From NCBI GenBank assembly GCA_017516465.1, contig JAFXCR010000011.1, positions 2,553 through 66,552 of the forward strand: 64,000 nucleotides of DNA. The letters are read 5' to 3'. The position numbers and the translations under genes were made by a program. How positions within the stretch are numbered: the first letter of the stretch is position 1; every line of letters starts with the position of its first letter. Source of the stretch: Ruminococcus sp. Its GTDB lineage: Bacteria; Bacillota; Clostridia; Oscillospirales; Ruminococcaceae. The notes below the pieces were generated by a model. It was not told the DNA's origin. It searched no databases and saw only the letters and a program-made list of their open reading frames with translations. This document shows positions 37,068 through 47,983 of the stretch, piece by piece.

Positions 37068-38303
37068 ATGTATACGGATATAGCTGTGATAGGCGGAGGA
37101 GCCTCTGGTCTTGCCGCAGCCATAGGAGCGAAATCAGAGAATCCGGAATTATATGTAACTGTTTTCGAAAAGCTCGACAGAGTAGGAAAAAAGTTGTTGT
37201 CTACCGGAAATGGAAAATGTAATCTCAGCAGCAGAAACCTCGTTCCTGAGCATTATCATGGTACAGTAAGAAATCTCATGGAAATTATACAGAATACTCC
37301 GTCGGCAGATGAGTTTTTCATGACAATGGGAGTTCCTGTTGTTGCTGACGAACAGGGAAGGATGTATCCACGAAGCGGAAGTGCAGCGGCTGTTCTGAGA
37401 TCACTGAGAATGAGGACTTCGGAGCTTGGAATTGCTGAGGAATGCAGTTTTGAACTGGCTGAGATACGCAGAAGCAAACGAGGATTTATTATTATTTCAA
37501 AATCTGGAATCACTGCGGAATGCCGCTGTATTATTGTTGCTGCCGGAGGATATGCAGCCCCGAAGCTTGGTACAGACGGTGCTGTAATGCGGATATTCCG
37601 TGATATGGGATATAAGACAGCAAAGATATGTCCGGCAGTTGCTCCGCTGAAGGCTTCTCCTGATAAGCTGAAAGGACTTAAAGGAATCCGTGTTAAGGGG
37701 GCAGTTTCAGCTGTTTCCGGAGGAAAAATCCTGAAAACAGAGCAGGGAGAGATACAATTCACAGAGAGTGCATTGTCGGGTATATGCGTATTCAATCTTG
37801 CACGATTTTTCAATGAATACGAAGGCAGACTTGCTCTTCGGATCGACCTTGCAGCTGATATTGAAAAAGCAGAGCTTATTGACTACCTTCAACGTGTAAG
37901 TACGCAAAGAGCCGTATATTCGCTGGAGGAGCTTCTTACCGGATGCTTCCCGAAAAATCTTGCAGTCTACCTTGTGAAGAATACATTTAACTGTCCTCTT
38001 ACAGAGAAAATTTCCACGCTCAGAAAAAGAGATATCATTGCACTTGCAGACAGGATAAAGTCGCTGGAATTTGAGATTTCCGGCTGCTCGTCATGGAATA
38101 ACGCACAGGTGACAGCCGGAGGTATTCACGGAAGCTGCGTTGACAATGAGCTTCAATCCGTCCGTGACAGCGGAATATATTTCTGTGGAGAGATACTTGA
38201 TGCAGACGGAGACTGCGGCGGATATAATCTTCAGTGGGCATGGTCGTCGGGATTGTGGGCAGGAAGTAATTGTGCACGTTCTCTGAAAGGAGCAAAACGA
38301 TGA
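37068..38303 (+). CDS. HI0933/YhiN-family flavoprotein
   Basis: GGGASG, GKKLLSTGNGKCN, VTAGG, GEILD..GDCGGYNLQWAWSSG. Confidence 0.9.
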   Translation: MYTDIAVIGGGASGLAAAIGAKSENPELYVTVFEKLDRVGKKLLSTGNGKCNLSSRNLVPEHYHGTVRNLMEIIQNTPSADEFFMTMGVPVVADEQGRMYPRSGSAAAVLRSLRMRTSELGIAEECSFELAEIRRSKRGFIIISKSGITAECRCIIVAAGGYAAPKLGTDGAVMRIFRDMGYKTAKICPAVAPLKASPDKLKGLKGIRVKGAVSAVSGGKILKTEQGEIQFTESALSGICVFNLARFFNEYEGRLALRIDLAADIEKAELIDYLQRVSTQRAVYSLEELLTGCFPKNLAVYLVKNTFNCPLTEKISTLRKRDIIALADRIKSLEFEISGCSSWNNAQVTAGGIHGSCVDNELQSVRDSGIYFCGEILDADGDCGGYNLQWAWSSGLWAGSNCARSLKGAKR

Positions 38304-39889
38304 TAAGAGTCGGAAATATAAAGGTTCCTCTTGATTTTGATTTCAATGATCTTGAGGGATTCTGTTCCCGAAAGTTCGGAATATACGGGAATAATCTGAT
38401 AAAAGTGCGGCTTGCGAAAAAGTCGGTAGATGCACGAAAAAAATCGGATGTGCATTTTATCATTTCTCTTGATATTGAGGCACAGGAAGAAAAAAGACTT
38501 CAGAAATCGCTGAAAAACGCAGTTCTTGTAAATGAATTCCATTATAAGATCGATCATGTTCCGCCAGTGAGTACACGTCCGGTGATTGTAGGTTTCGGAC
38601 CGGCAGGAATGTATGCTGCCCTTGTTCTTGCTATGGCCGGAGCACGTCCTGTCGTGCTGGAGCGTGGTGCGGATGTTGATTCACGGGTGAAAGCTGTTGA
38701 AGAATTCCGTACAACAGGCAGACTTGATACAGAATGTAATATTCAGTTCGGCGAAGGCGGTGCCGGAACTTTCTCTGACGGAAAGCTTACAACAGGCATC
38801 AAGGATAAGCGCATAGGCTGGATAATGGAACGTCTTGTGGAATTCGGTGCACCTGATGAAATTTTGTATCTTGCAAAGCCTCATATCGGCACGGATAAGC
38901 TTCGTGATGTAGTAAAGAAACTGAGGGAGCGTGTTATTTCTCTTGGCGGCGAGGTGATATTCGGAGCGAGATTCTGCGGATATAAAGCGGAAAACGGCTG
39001 TATTTCGTCTGTTTCCTATGAAAAGGAAGGACGTCTTCATACAATTGAAGCAGCTGATCTTATTCTTGCCTCAGGTCATAGTGCAAGGGATGTCTTTGAA
39101 CTTCTTTACGATAATAAAGTTAGTCTCTCGCAGAAGAATTTTGCAGTAGGAGTAAGAATCGAACATAAAAAGGAATTAATTGACAAGGCGATGTACGGAG
39201 ATTTTGCCGGACATCCGGCACTGAAAGCCGCTGATTATAAGCTTGCGGTACATCTTCCTAACGGACGCACATTGTATACATTTTGTATGTGTCCCGGCGG
39301 CGAGGTTGTAGCCGCATCTTCGGAGGAAAAAAGTCTTGCGGTCAACGGAATGAGCTGTTTTGCCCGTAACGCTGAGAATTCCAACAGTGCACTGCTTGTC
39401 AATGTTGATACAGGTGATTATGGAAGTGATCATCCGCTTGCTGGAATGTATTTCCAGCGTGAGCTTGAGGAAAAAGCATTTATTGCCGGAGGTTCGGATT
39501 ATTGTGCTCCTGTGATTACGGTAGGAGAATTTCTCGGAAATACTGCCGGAGAAGATGTTGTTCCGTCGTATCGTCCGGGAGTGAAAAAAGTTCATCCGTC
39601 GGAGTATCTTCCGGATTTTGTGTGTGAGTCACTGAAACTCGGAATACCGGAAATGGGCAGAAAAATAAAGGGATTTGATGCTTCCGGAGCAGTGCTTACA
39701 GGAATTGAAAGCCGCAGCAGTTCTCCCGTGCGGATAAACAGGGGAGAGGATATGCAGTCAATTTCGCTGAAAGGACTGTACCCTTGCGGTGAAGGCGCTG
39801 GATATGCAGGCGGTATAGTTTCGGCAGCGGCTGACGGAATGAAATGCGCAGAGGCAGTTATTGACAGGATAAACGGGAAAATGTTCTGA
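38300..39889 (+). CDS. FAD-dependent oxidoreductase
   Basis: GFGPAG, QFGEGGAGTFSDGKL, TFCMCPGG, GEGAGYAGGIVSAAADG. Confidence 0.88.
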   Translation: MIRVGNIKVPLDFDFNDLEGFCSRKFGIYGNNLIKVRLAKKSVDARKKSDVHFIISLDIEAQEEKRLQKSLKNAVLVNEFHYKIDHVPPVSTRPVIVGFGPAGMYAALVLAMAGARPVVLERGADVDSRVKAVEEFRTTGRLDTECNIQFGEGGAGTFSDGKLTTGIKDKRIGWIMERLVEFGAPDEILYLAKPHIGTDKLRDVVKKLRERVISLGGEVIFGARFCGYKAENGCISSVSYEKEGRLHTIEAADLILASGHSARDVFELLYDNKVSLSQKNFAVGVRIEHKKELIDKAMYGDFAGHPALKAADYKLAVHLPNGRTLYTFCMCPGGEVVAASSEEKSLAVNGMSCFARNAENSNSALLVNVDTGDYGSDHPLAGMYFQRELEEKAFIAGGSDYCAPVITVGEFLGNTAGEDVVPSYRPGVKKVHPSEYLPDFVCESLKLGIPEMGRKIKGFDASGAVLTGIESRSSSPVRINRGEDMQSISLKGLYPCGEGAGYAGGIVSAAADGMKCAEAVIDRINGKMF

Positions 39890-39915
39890 TAGATCAGGCA
39901 ATATCGGAGGTAATT

Positions 39916-40188
39916 ATGAAAATTAATATTATCGGCGGAGAAATGGAACGCAGCGAGATAGATGAGTATATAAAGTATGCCGGCAAGAAGCATCCCGGAC
40001 GGCAGATAAGACAAATTGATATAATCATCGACGGTGAATATGTTGATCTGAAATTCTATTTCGGAGATCTCGATTTTCAGCATGCTTACAGATCGGCGGA
40101 CTATCTTGTCAACAGCATGGAGAAGCTCAACGACGCAAAGCAGTCTGAATTTTCCCAGAAGGAACGACACGGAATACAGGAGAAGTAA
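39916..40188 (+). CDS. Small stand-alone protein resembling the NrdD C-terminal glycyl-radical domain, Gly replaced by Asp
   Basis: GGAGG RBS; C-terminal half FQHAYRSADYLVNSMEKLNDAK aligns without gaps to recalled motif F.RIRRITGYLVG..D..N.AK. Confidence 0.7.
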   Translation: MKINIIGGEMERSEIDEYIKYAGKKHPGRQIRQIDIIIDGEYVDLKFYFGDLDFQHAYRSADYLVNSMEKLNDAKQSEFSQKERHGIQEK

Positions 40189-40190
40189 AA

Positions 40191-41051
40191 ATGATTCTTA
40201 CAAATATAGGAACGATAAAGGAAATACTTTCACGTCATGGTTTCAGTTTTTCAAAGGGACTCGGACAGAATTTTATCACAAATCCCGATATATGTCCAAG
40301 AATAGCTGAAAACGGAAATGCACGGGAAGGATTCGGAGTTATAGAAATCGGTACTGGCATCGGAGTTCTGACTGCTGAGCTTGCAAGACGTGCAGATAAG
40401 GTGTGTGCAGTTGAGATCGACAGCAGACTTCTTCCGATACTGGATGAAACGCTTGCGGATTTCAACAATATAAGGATATTCAATGAGGATGTAATGAAAT
40501 GCGATCTTCATAAGATAATACAGGAGGAATTTACGGGTCTGAAGGCGGCTGTATGTGCCAATCTTCCTTATTATATTACATCGCCGGTTCTTATGCTTCT
40601 GCTTGAAAGCCGTCTGCCTGTTGAATCAATTACTGTTATGGTGCAGAAGGAAGCAGCACAGCGGCTTTGTGCCAGAGTTGGCAGCAGAGAATCAGGGGCA
40701 ATTACTGTTGCCGTAAATTACTATGGTACTGCAAAGCAGCTTTTCGGTGTTTCAAGAGGAAGTTTCATGCCTTCCCCGAATGTCGATTCTGCTGTTATAA
40801 AGATCGAGCCACGCAGTATGCCGCTTCTTGACGAAGAAGATGAGAAGTTTTTCTTCAGGGTTGTCAAGAGTGGGTTTTCCCAGCGGAGAAAGACGGCAGC
40901 AAATGCACTGTCGTCAATGATGGGGATACCGAAGGAAAAAATATATGAAGCTCTCAGGGAACTTAATCTAAGCGAAACTGCCCGACTTGAGGGACTTGAA
41001 ATGGAACAGCTTATAGAATTTTCAAAAATTCTGAAAAAATCACTGAATTGA
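40191..41051 (+). CDS. rsmA: 16S rRNA adenine dimethyltransferase
   Basis: KGLGQNF, EIGTGIG, ANLPYYITSP, MVQKE, PSPNVDSAV. Confidence 0.96.
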   Translation: MILTNIGTIKEILSRHGFSFSKGLGQNFITNPDICPRIAENGNAREGFGVIEIGTGIGVLTAELARRADKVCAVEIDSRLLPILDETLADFNNIRIFNEDVMKCDLHKIIQEEFTGLKAAVCANLPYYITSPVLMLLLESRLPVESITVMVQKEAAQRLCARVGSRESGAITVAVNYYGTAKQLFGVSRGSFMPSPNVDSAVIKIEPRSMPLLDEEDEKFFFRVVKSGFSQRRKTAANALSSMMGIPKEKIYEALRELNLSETARLEGLEMEQLIEFSKILKKSLN

Positions 41052-41069
41052 TCTGATTACGTTTGCGAA

Positions 41070-41103
41070 TACGACAGACTTCGCCAAAGGATAATGGTAT
41101 AAT
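41070..41103 (+). promoter_or_regulatory. Putative Spo0A boxes and extended -10 for spoIIE
   Basis: TACGACA and TTCGCCA (near TTCGACA) 10 bp apart, then TGGTATAAT. Confidence 0.4.
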
Positions 41104-41126
41104 GTGTATGTACTTTTATCTCTGAG

Positions 41127-43382
41127 GTGGTCTGGATGTTTAAAAAGAATAATCTGAAAAAACTCACAGAAAGCCCGACAGCTGCAAAAGCAGGGGCTTT
41201 TCTTCTTTGTCTGGGGGCAGGTGTGCTCCTTTCGGGAACTGATATCGCAGGAGCTGCAATATTTGCCGATGTTTCTCTTGCCGGCGGACTGAATCTTCCG
41301 TATTCTGCTGCCGTATTTACAGGAAGTCTTGTGAGAAGTGTTATTCAGGGAACTGTCGGACATAATATCGTAAAGATCACTGCTGTGCTTATCGTTGTAA
41401 TTTTCAAGATGTTCACCGAGCCGGTAAATGATCCAAAGGTCAATGGTATATCCACATTCTGTACTGTATTTGCGTCAGGTGCCGCAATATCTGCTGTAAT
41501 GGGGAAGCTTATTTACAGAATGGTGTATTATCTGCTTTACGCTGCTCTTGCCGGATATACAGCCTATTCGGTGTGCCTTATAATTTCAGGATTCAGAAAT
41601 AAGCGGGCGGCCGATTTTTCTTCTGTTTCCGGATGTGCCTATGCGGTAGTATATACATTGCTCATTACAACACTTTGTTATGTTGATATGCCTCTCATTA
41701 ATGCTGGAATTGTTATAGGTTCTGCGGTAACTCTTGCAGGAGCGTATTTTTACCGTTATACAGGTGGAGTACTGTGCGGAGCTTTGACAACCTGCGGAGC
41801 TTTCCTTTCTTCATCGTCATCCGGAATGACAGTTGTTCTTCTTCCGGCAGCTGGACTTCTTACTGGATATCTTTACCGGCAGAAAATCAATATCGCAGCT
41901 GGATTTTTCACTGGACTCAATTTCATGCTGATGATACTGGCGGGTGTGAATCCTGAGAATATGAATAATATGTTCAATATTATCTGCGGAACAGCTCTGT
42001 TCCGGTTTTGTGCACCATTTTATTCGGATAAATGGATAATCACCGGTGATGGTTCAGCAGCGGCATTGCCGACGATTCTTGGAACAAGGATGGGATTTCT
42101 GTCTGATTCAATAGGGAGTCTCAGGATGGAATCAGAGAAAATAGCCGGAATTATAGCTGAAAACACGCGAAACAAGGAAGAACTTCCCGATAGCTCGAAT
42201 ACTGTATGCAGCCGATGCTTCAGACGTCTCAATTGTTGGAAAAGTGATTATGACAATACTGTAAGAGGATTTCGGCGTCTGTCGAAGATGAGTGAATTCT
42301 CCAAGGAAGCCTTTCCGTATGAGCTTGATGATTGTCTCCATAAAGGAGAACTCAGAGAAGCATTCGAGAAAAGAGCAAGAGAAAGGGTAACAGCAAGGCT
42401 TCTGGAAATGAGGTTTTCAGAAAGCAGGAGGCTTCTTTCGGAGCAGATAAAGATAATTGAGGAGATTGTAGAATCGGTTGGTGAACGTATGGATGTACGG
42501 TATTCTGAGCCGATAAGCCGGAGTATAAGAGAAAAGCTTGTAAAGTACGGAATGAAGCCTGACAGCGTGATTGCATATTATAATTCACGGAACAGACTTC
42601 TGGCAGAGATATATTTCAGTTATGCTGATGCACCAGAAGATAGCAGGAGAATATGCGATCTTGTTTCCGATGAACTCAGGATTCCGCTTGACAGTGCCGG
42701 AGTTGTCAGATCAGGACGTGAGGTGAGAATACGGCTTTTTGAGAAACCAGAGTATTCCATTGAGGTTTACGGTGCTTCTATATGTGCTGATAATTCGAAG
42801 GAAAACGGAGATACATCCATGATATTCAGCGATGGTACAGGGGTAAGCTATGTCATACTGTCTGACGGTATGGGATGTGGCAAAAAAGCAGCTGTTGAAT
42901 CTCGCATGGTAGTGAGAATGTTTCGTCGTCTTATTAGCAGTGGAGTGAAATATACATCTGCAATAAAGCTTATAAATTCTATAATGTTGACGAAATCACG
43001 GGATGAAGCATTTGCAACACTTGACGCTGTAAGAATCGACCTTGACAGCTGTGGATTGACTGTTATAAAATCAGGAGCAACAGCTACACTTATCCGTCAT
43101 CGTGGAAGTGTTATGAAGATAACCTCACCGACTTTTCCGATCGGGATATATGAGCAGTCTGAGACCTTTTCAAAGGACTATGATTTCGAGGACGGAGATA
43201 TTATAATAATGTTTTCTGACGGTATCAGTGAAAATGCTTACAGCTTCATCAAGGAACTGCTGCTTGGCGGAGGGGATCTGAAAAGTATTGTTGATGAAAT
43301 TTGTGTAAAATCAGAGGTGTTTAATCCAGCGGTGCGTAGTGATGATGTAACAGTTATCGGAATCCGTGTAATGCGTTCATGA
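41127..43382 (+). CDS. spoIIE: Stage II sporulation protein E (PP2C phosphatase)
   Basis: Multi-TM N-terminus, Cys motif C..C...C, PP2C motifs GD, LSDGMG, SDGI, DDVTV. Confidence 0.88.
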   Translation: MVWMFKKNNLKKLTESPTAAKAGAFLLCLGAGVLLSGTDIAGAAIFADVSLAGGLNLPYSAAVFTGSLVRSVIQGTVGHNIVKITAVLIVVIFKMFTEPVNDPKVNGISTFCTVFASGAAISAVMGKLIYRMVYYLLYAALAGYTAYSVCLIISGFRNKRAADFSSVSGCAYAVVYTLLITTLCYVDMPLINAGIVIGSAVTLAGAYFYRYTGGVLCGALTTCGAFLSSSSSGMTVVLLPAAGLLTGYLYRQKINIAAGFFTGLNFMLMILAGVNPENMNNMFNIICGTALFRFCAPFYSDKWIITGDGSAAALPTILGTRMGFLSDSIGSLRMESEKIAGIIAENTRNKEELPDSSNTVCSRCFRRLNCWKSDYDNTVRGFRRLSKMSEFSKEAFPYELDDCLHKGELREAFEKRARERVTARLLEMRFSESRRLLSEQIKIIEEIVESVGERMDVRYSEPISRSIREKLVKYGMKPDSVIAYYNSRNRLLAEIYFSYADAPEDSRRICDLVSDELRIPLDSAGVVRSGREVRIRLFEKPEYSIEVYGASICADNSKENGDTSMIFSDGTGVSYVILSDGMGCGKKAAVESRMVVRMFRRLISSGVKYTSAIKLINSIMLTKSRDEAFATLDAVRIDLDSCGLTVIKSGATATLIRHRGSVMKITSPTFPIGIYEQSETFSKDYDFEDGDIIIMFSDGISENAYSFIKELLLGGGDLKSIVDEICVKSEVFNPAVRSDDVTVIGIRVMRS

Positions 43383-43580
43383 GTGAGTAAACTCATAATT
43401 TATTTGTATTTGTGTTATGTGTGCATTTTAACGATTTTTGCGAAGGCAAAATATGTCAAATTGCACTAATGTACATTAGCTTTATTAGTATATTGTCTGA
43501 AATTTTGTATGAGTTTTAAAAAATAACTTGAATAATTCTTCGTTTTCTGTTAAAATGTAAATAACAAAGGAGGCTGAATT

Positions 43581-45566
43581 ATGTCAGTTAACAAAAAAAA
43601 TAACCAGAATGATTTTCCGCTGTATCTGTTTTATCAGGGGAAAAATTATGAAGCTTATAAATTTTTCGGAGTACATTCTAAGAAAAAAGGAAGAGGACAA
43701 ACATTCAACTTTAGAGTTTGGGCTCCTAATGCAAAGAGAGTATCTGTTGTAGGTGATTTTAATGAATGGGATCGTACGAAGAATCCCATGCAGCTTATAG
43801 CTGACGGAGTGTGGGAGACTGATATATCCGGACTAAAACAGTTTGATGCTTATAAATACAGCATTGAAACCGGAGACGGCAGAACTATATTAAAATCTGA
43901 TCCATACGGTACTCATTTTGAAACACGTCCCGGAACAGCTTCAAAGATCTATGAAAGTACCTATGAATGGTCAGACCAGAAATGGTTTGAAGCTAAGAAA
44001 AGTAAGATCGTATATAAAAGTCCGGTAAATGTCTACGAGGTTCACCTTGGTTCATGGAAAAAAGAAGAAAACCGTGAGTTTATCGACTACATCACATTTG
44101 CCCAAAATATTATTCCGTATCTCAGGAAGATGTCTTATACTCATGTTGAATTCATGCCGCTTACAGAGTATCCCTTTGACGGCTCGTGGGGATATCAGGT
44201 GACAGGATATTTTGCACCCACTTCACGCTATGGAACACCGGACGATTTCAGGAAAATGGTAGATATGTTCCATGAAGCCGGAATAGGTGTGATACTGGAT
44301 TGGGTACCGGCACACTTCCCGAAAGACGAAGCTGGACTATATGAGTTTGACGGCACCTGTTGTTATGAATATACCGATGAGAGAAAAAGAGAGCATAAGT
44401 CGTGGGGAACGAGAGTTTTCGACTATGGCAAGGCAGAGGTATGCTCATTCCTTATCTCGAGTGCAAATTACTGGTTTGATGAATTTCATATAGACGGTCT
44501 GCGAGTTGATGCAGTGGCATCTATGCTTTATCTTGATTATGACAGACGTGACGGTGAATGGTGTGCCAACGTATATGGTGGAAATGAGAATCTTGAGGCT
44601 GTTGAGTTTTTCAAGCGTCTGAACGAAGCTGTTTTCTCCAAGCATCCTGACGCTCTCATGATTGCAGAGGAATCCACAGCATGGCCTCTTGTTACAAAAC
44701 CAACAGATATAGGTGGTCTTGGTTTCAATTTCAAGTGGAACATGGGGTGGATGAACGATATGCTCAGCTATATGTCGCTTGATCCGATATATCGCTCATT
44801 CAATCACGATAAGCTTACATTTTCATTCTTCTATGCTTTTTCTGAGAATTATATGCTCCCAATTTCTCACGATGAGGTGGTTTACGGAAAATGCTCCATG
44901 ATAAACAAGATGCCCGGAGAGTATGAACAGAAATTTGCATCATACCGTGCTTTTCTTGCATATATGATGGCACATCCCGGAAAGAAGCTTCTCTTTATGG
45001 GGCAGGAATTTGCTCAGATGAATGAATGGAATTACCAGACTCAGCTTGACTGGAATCTTATGGAATTTGATTCACATAAAAATATGCTGAAATTCTCTGA
45101 AAAGCTTAATAAATTCTATGCTGAAAATTCTCCCATGTGGCAGAATGATGATTCATGGGGCGGCTTCAGCTGGATTTCAAATGACGACTACAAGCAGAGC
45201 GTTATTTCTTTCAGACGTATAGATGACAACGGTGATGAGATTATTGCAGTATGCAATTTTGTTCCCGTTGAGCGTAAGGATTATAGGATAGGTGTGCCGT
45301 ATAAGGGCAGATACAAGCTTGTGTTCAATACTGATGCCACAGAGTTCGGTGGATCAGGAATATCCGAGAAATCCTTTAAAACCGAGAACGAAGGAATGCA
45401 CGGTCATGACCAAAGCATTTCAATGACGTTAGCTCCGCTTTCAGTGGTGTATATCAAATATGTGCCAGTGAAAAAGAGAATGCCAAAAACAGACGCAGTG
45501 TCGGAGACTCCGGAAAAACCGAAGAGAACAAGGAAAAAGACTGCGGAAAAGTCATCCGATAAATAA
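43581..45566 (+). CDS. glgB: 1,4-alpha-glucan branching enzyme
   Basis: SWGYQVTGYFAPTSRYG, DGLRVDAV, AEES, SHDEVV; first gene of the glg operon. Confidence 0.95.
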   Translation: MSVNKKNNQNDFPLYLFYQGKNYEAYKFFGVHSKKKGRGQTFNFRVWAPNAKRVSVVGDFNEWDRTKNPMQLIADGVWETDISGLKQFDAYKYSIETGDGRTILKSDPYGTHFETRPGTASKIYESTYEWSDQKWFEAKKSKIVYKSPVNVYEVHLGSWKKEENREFIDYITFAQNIIPYLRKMSYTHVEFMPLTEYPFDGSWGYQVTGYFAPTSRYGTPDDFRKMVDMFHEAGIGVILDWVPAHFPKDEAGLYEFDGTCCYEYTDERKREHKSWGTRVFDYGKAEVCSFLISSANYWFDEFHIDGLRVDAVASMLYLDYDRRDGEWCANVYGGNENLEAVEFFKRLNEAVFSKHPDALMIAEESTAWPLVTKPTDIGGLGFNFKWNMGWMNDMLSYMSLDPIYRSFNHDKLTFSFFYAFSENYMLPISHDEVVYGKCSMINKMPGEYEQKFASYRAFLAYMMAHPGKKLLFMGQEFAQMNEWNYQTQLDWNLMEFDSHKNMLKFSEKLNKFYAENSPMWQNDDSWGGFSWISNDDYKQSVISFRRIDDNGDEIIAVCNFVPVERKDYRIGVPYKGRYKLVFNTDATEFGGSGISEKSFKTENEGMHGHDQSISMTLAPLSVVYIKYVPVKKRMPKTDAVSETPEKPKRTRKKTAEKSSDK

Positions 45567-45602
45567 TCAATCATATATAACACTTTCAGGAGGAATTAAT
45601 AT

Positions 45603-46829
45603 ATGTACACAAAAAAAAGAGTCGTTGCAATGCTTCTTGCCGGCGGTCAGGGAAGCAGACTTTATGCACTGACCAAAAACGTTGCGAAACCCGCAGTTCC
45701 TTATGGCGGAAAGTATCGTCTTATTGATTTTCCGCTTTCAAACTGTACCAATTCCGGTATTGATACCGTAGGCGTTCTAACACAGTATCAGCCTCTTGTG
45801 CTTAACGAATATATCGGCAATGGACAGCCATGGGATCTTGACAAGATGAACGGTGGTGTTCATGTTCTGCCGCCGTACGAAACTCAGGCAGGTGCGTCGT
45901 GGTACGAAGGAACAGCCAATGCAATTTATCAGAATATGCGGTTTATTGAGAGATACGATCCCGAATACGTTGTTGTTCTTGGTGGTGATCATATCTATAA
46001 GATGGATTATTCAAAAATGGTGGATTTCCATGTTGCGAACAATGCGGACTGTACAATATCCGTTATAGATGTACCGAGAGCAGAGGCATCACGCTTCGGA
46101 ATAATGATATGTGATGACCAGAACAAGGTTGTTGATTTCGTTGAAAAACCGAAGGAACCTAAGTCAACTCTTGCTTCAATGGGTATTTACGTTTTCACAT
46201 GGGAGAAGCTTCGCAAGTATCTCATCGAAAACGAAGAAGACGCAAATGCAAAGCGTGAAAGAGGAGAAAGCTGGTCAAAGGATTTTGGCAAGGATATCGT
46301 AACATCCATGCTCCGTGACAGCCAGCGTCTGTTTGCTTATGAATTTGAAGGCTATTGGAAGGACGTAGGAACCCTTGATTCTCTTTGGGAAGCAAATATG
46401 GATCTTCTCAGTCCAAGCGTTCCGCTTGATCTTTACGATCCGAGCTGGAAGATATATTCCAGAAGCAACTATATGCCGCCGCAGTATATCGGAGATAATG
46501 CAAATATAGAAAATTCAATGATATCCGAGGGAAGCGAGGTTGACGGAACAGTTGATTTTTCAATTCTATTCTCAGGTGTAACCATTGAAAAGGGCGCAAC
46601 TGTAAATTACAGTATCGTTATGCCCGGAACAGTTATCAAATCAGGAGCTGTCGTTGAATATGCGATTGTCGGCGAGGACAGCATAATTGAAAGCGGTGCA
46701 AGAGTTGGTACAAGTCCGGAAAATATTGAAAACAGAGATGACTGGGGTATTGCCGTAGTAGGTCATAATGTTACAGTTTCCGAAAATAAGGTCGTTGAAC
46801 CAAAGCAGATCATCGGCGATAATATCTGA
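45603..46829 (+). CDS. glgC: Glucose-1-phosphate adenylyltransferase
   Basis: [37 protein letters not shown]. Confidence 0.96.
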   Translation: MYTKKRVVAMLLAGGQGSRLYALTKNVAKPAVPYGGKYRLIDFPLSNCTNSGIDTVGVLTQYQPLVLNEYIGNGQPWDLDKMNGGVHVLPPYETQAGASWYEGTANAIYQNMRFIERYDPEYVVVLGGDHIYKMDYSKMVDFHVANNADCTISVIDVPRAEASRFGIMICDDQNKVVDFVEKPKEPKSTLASMGIYVFTWEKLRKYLIENEEDANAKRERGESWSKDFGKDIVTSMLRDSQRLFAYEFEGYWKDVGTLDSLWEANMDLLSPSVPLDLYDPSWKIYSRSNYMPPQYIGDNANIENSMISEGSEVDGTVDFSILFSGVTIEKGATVNYSIVMPGTVIKSGAVVEYAIVGEDSIIESGARVGTSPENIENRDDWGIAVVGHNVTVSENKVVEPKQIIGDNI

Positions 46830-46845
46830 TCAGAGGAGTTTTACT

Positions 46846-47967
46846 ATGAGTGTTAATTATAATGTTTTAGGACTTATTTTCGCAAGTATGCACGATGCTT
46901 ATGTCAGCGAGCTTACAAAACAGAGAACGATGGGATCAATTCCTTTCGGTGGACGTTACAGACTTATAGATTTTCCGCTTTCCAATATGGTTAATTCCGG
47001 AGTGTCTGAGGTAGGTGTAATCACAAAGTCAAATTACGGATCGCTGCTTGACCATCTTGGATCAGGACGTGACTGGGATCTCTCTCGTAAAAAAGGTGGT
47101 TTGCATCTGCTTCCGCCTTATAGTCAGACAGGAGGAATTTATAAGGGTCGTCTTGATGCTCTCAACAATGTCTGGAGCTTTGTTGAGCATTCAAAGGCAC
47201 AATATGTGATAATGGCAAACTGCGATGTTGTCACAACGATCAACTTTGATCCGGTACTAAGACAGCACATGAAGTCTGGAGCCGATATTACGCTGATTTA
47301 CAACAAGGGATATTATGACGGCGAAAAAAATATTTCAACAACTGTTCTTGAATTTGATGATGATAAAGGACTAAAGGATGTACTTGTTGCACCCAGAATT
47401 TCAGGCGAGTGCAACATATGGACAGAGATGATGATTGTCAGCAAGGAATTCCTTAAGAAGATAGTAGCAGAGGCTGCAAGCAGAAATCAGTTCAGCTTTA
47501 CACGGGAGATTCTTCAGGCAAAGAGAGATGAATACAAGATTCTTGGATATGAGCATAAGGATTTCTTTACAAGGATTGACAGTGTTCAGAGTTACTACAA
47601 TGCAAGCAAGATGCTCCTTGATAAAGAAAAGAGATCTGCACTTTTCAAGAAATCAATGCCTGTCTATACAAAAATTGGTGATAATGGTCCTGCAAAGTAT
47701 GGTCTTGAATCAGAGATAAAAGATTCGCTCATTGCAGATGGATGTATAATAGAAGGAACTGTTGAGAACTCGATTCTTTTCAGAGGCGTAAAGGTTGGCA
47801 AGGGGGCTGTTGTAAGAAACTGTGTACTTCTTCAGGGAACCCGTGTAGGAAAAAAATGCAACATATCCTCAGTAATAACAGATAAGAATGTTGAAATAAG
47901 CGACGAAAAGGTTCTGACTGGATCAGAATCATATCCACTTTATATAAACAAAAACGGAAGAATATAA
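46846..47967 (+). CDS. glgD: Glucose-1-phosphate adenylyltransferase regulatory subunit
   Basis: [15 protein letters not shown] with degenerate N-terminal Gly motif; follows glgC. Confidence 0.92.
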   Translation: MSVNYNVLGLIFASMHDAYVSELTKQRTMGSIPFGGRYRLIDFPLSNMVNSGVSEVGVITKSNYGSLLDHLGSGRDWDLSRKKGGLHLLPPYSQTGGIYKGRLDALNNVWSFVEHSKAQYVIMANCDVVTTINFDPVLRQHMKSGADITLIYNKGYYDGEKNISTTVLEFDDDKGLKDVLVAPRISGECNIWTEMMIVSKEFLKKIVAEAASRNQFSFTREILQAKRDEYKILGYEHKDFFTRIDSVQSYYNASKMLLDKEKRSALFKKSMPVYTKIGDNGPAKYGLESEIKDSLIADGCIIEGTVENSILFRGVKVGKGAVVRNCVLLQGTRVGKKCNISSVITDKNVEISDEKVLTGSESYPLYINKNGRI

Positions 47968-47983
47968 TGGTGGTGATGGAATA

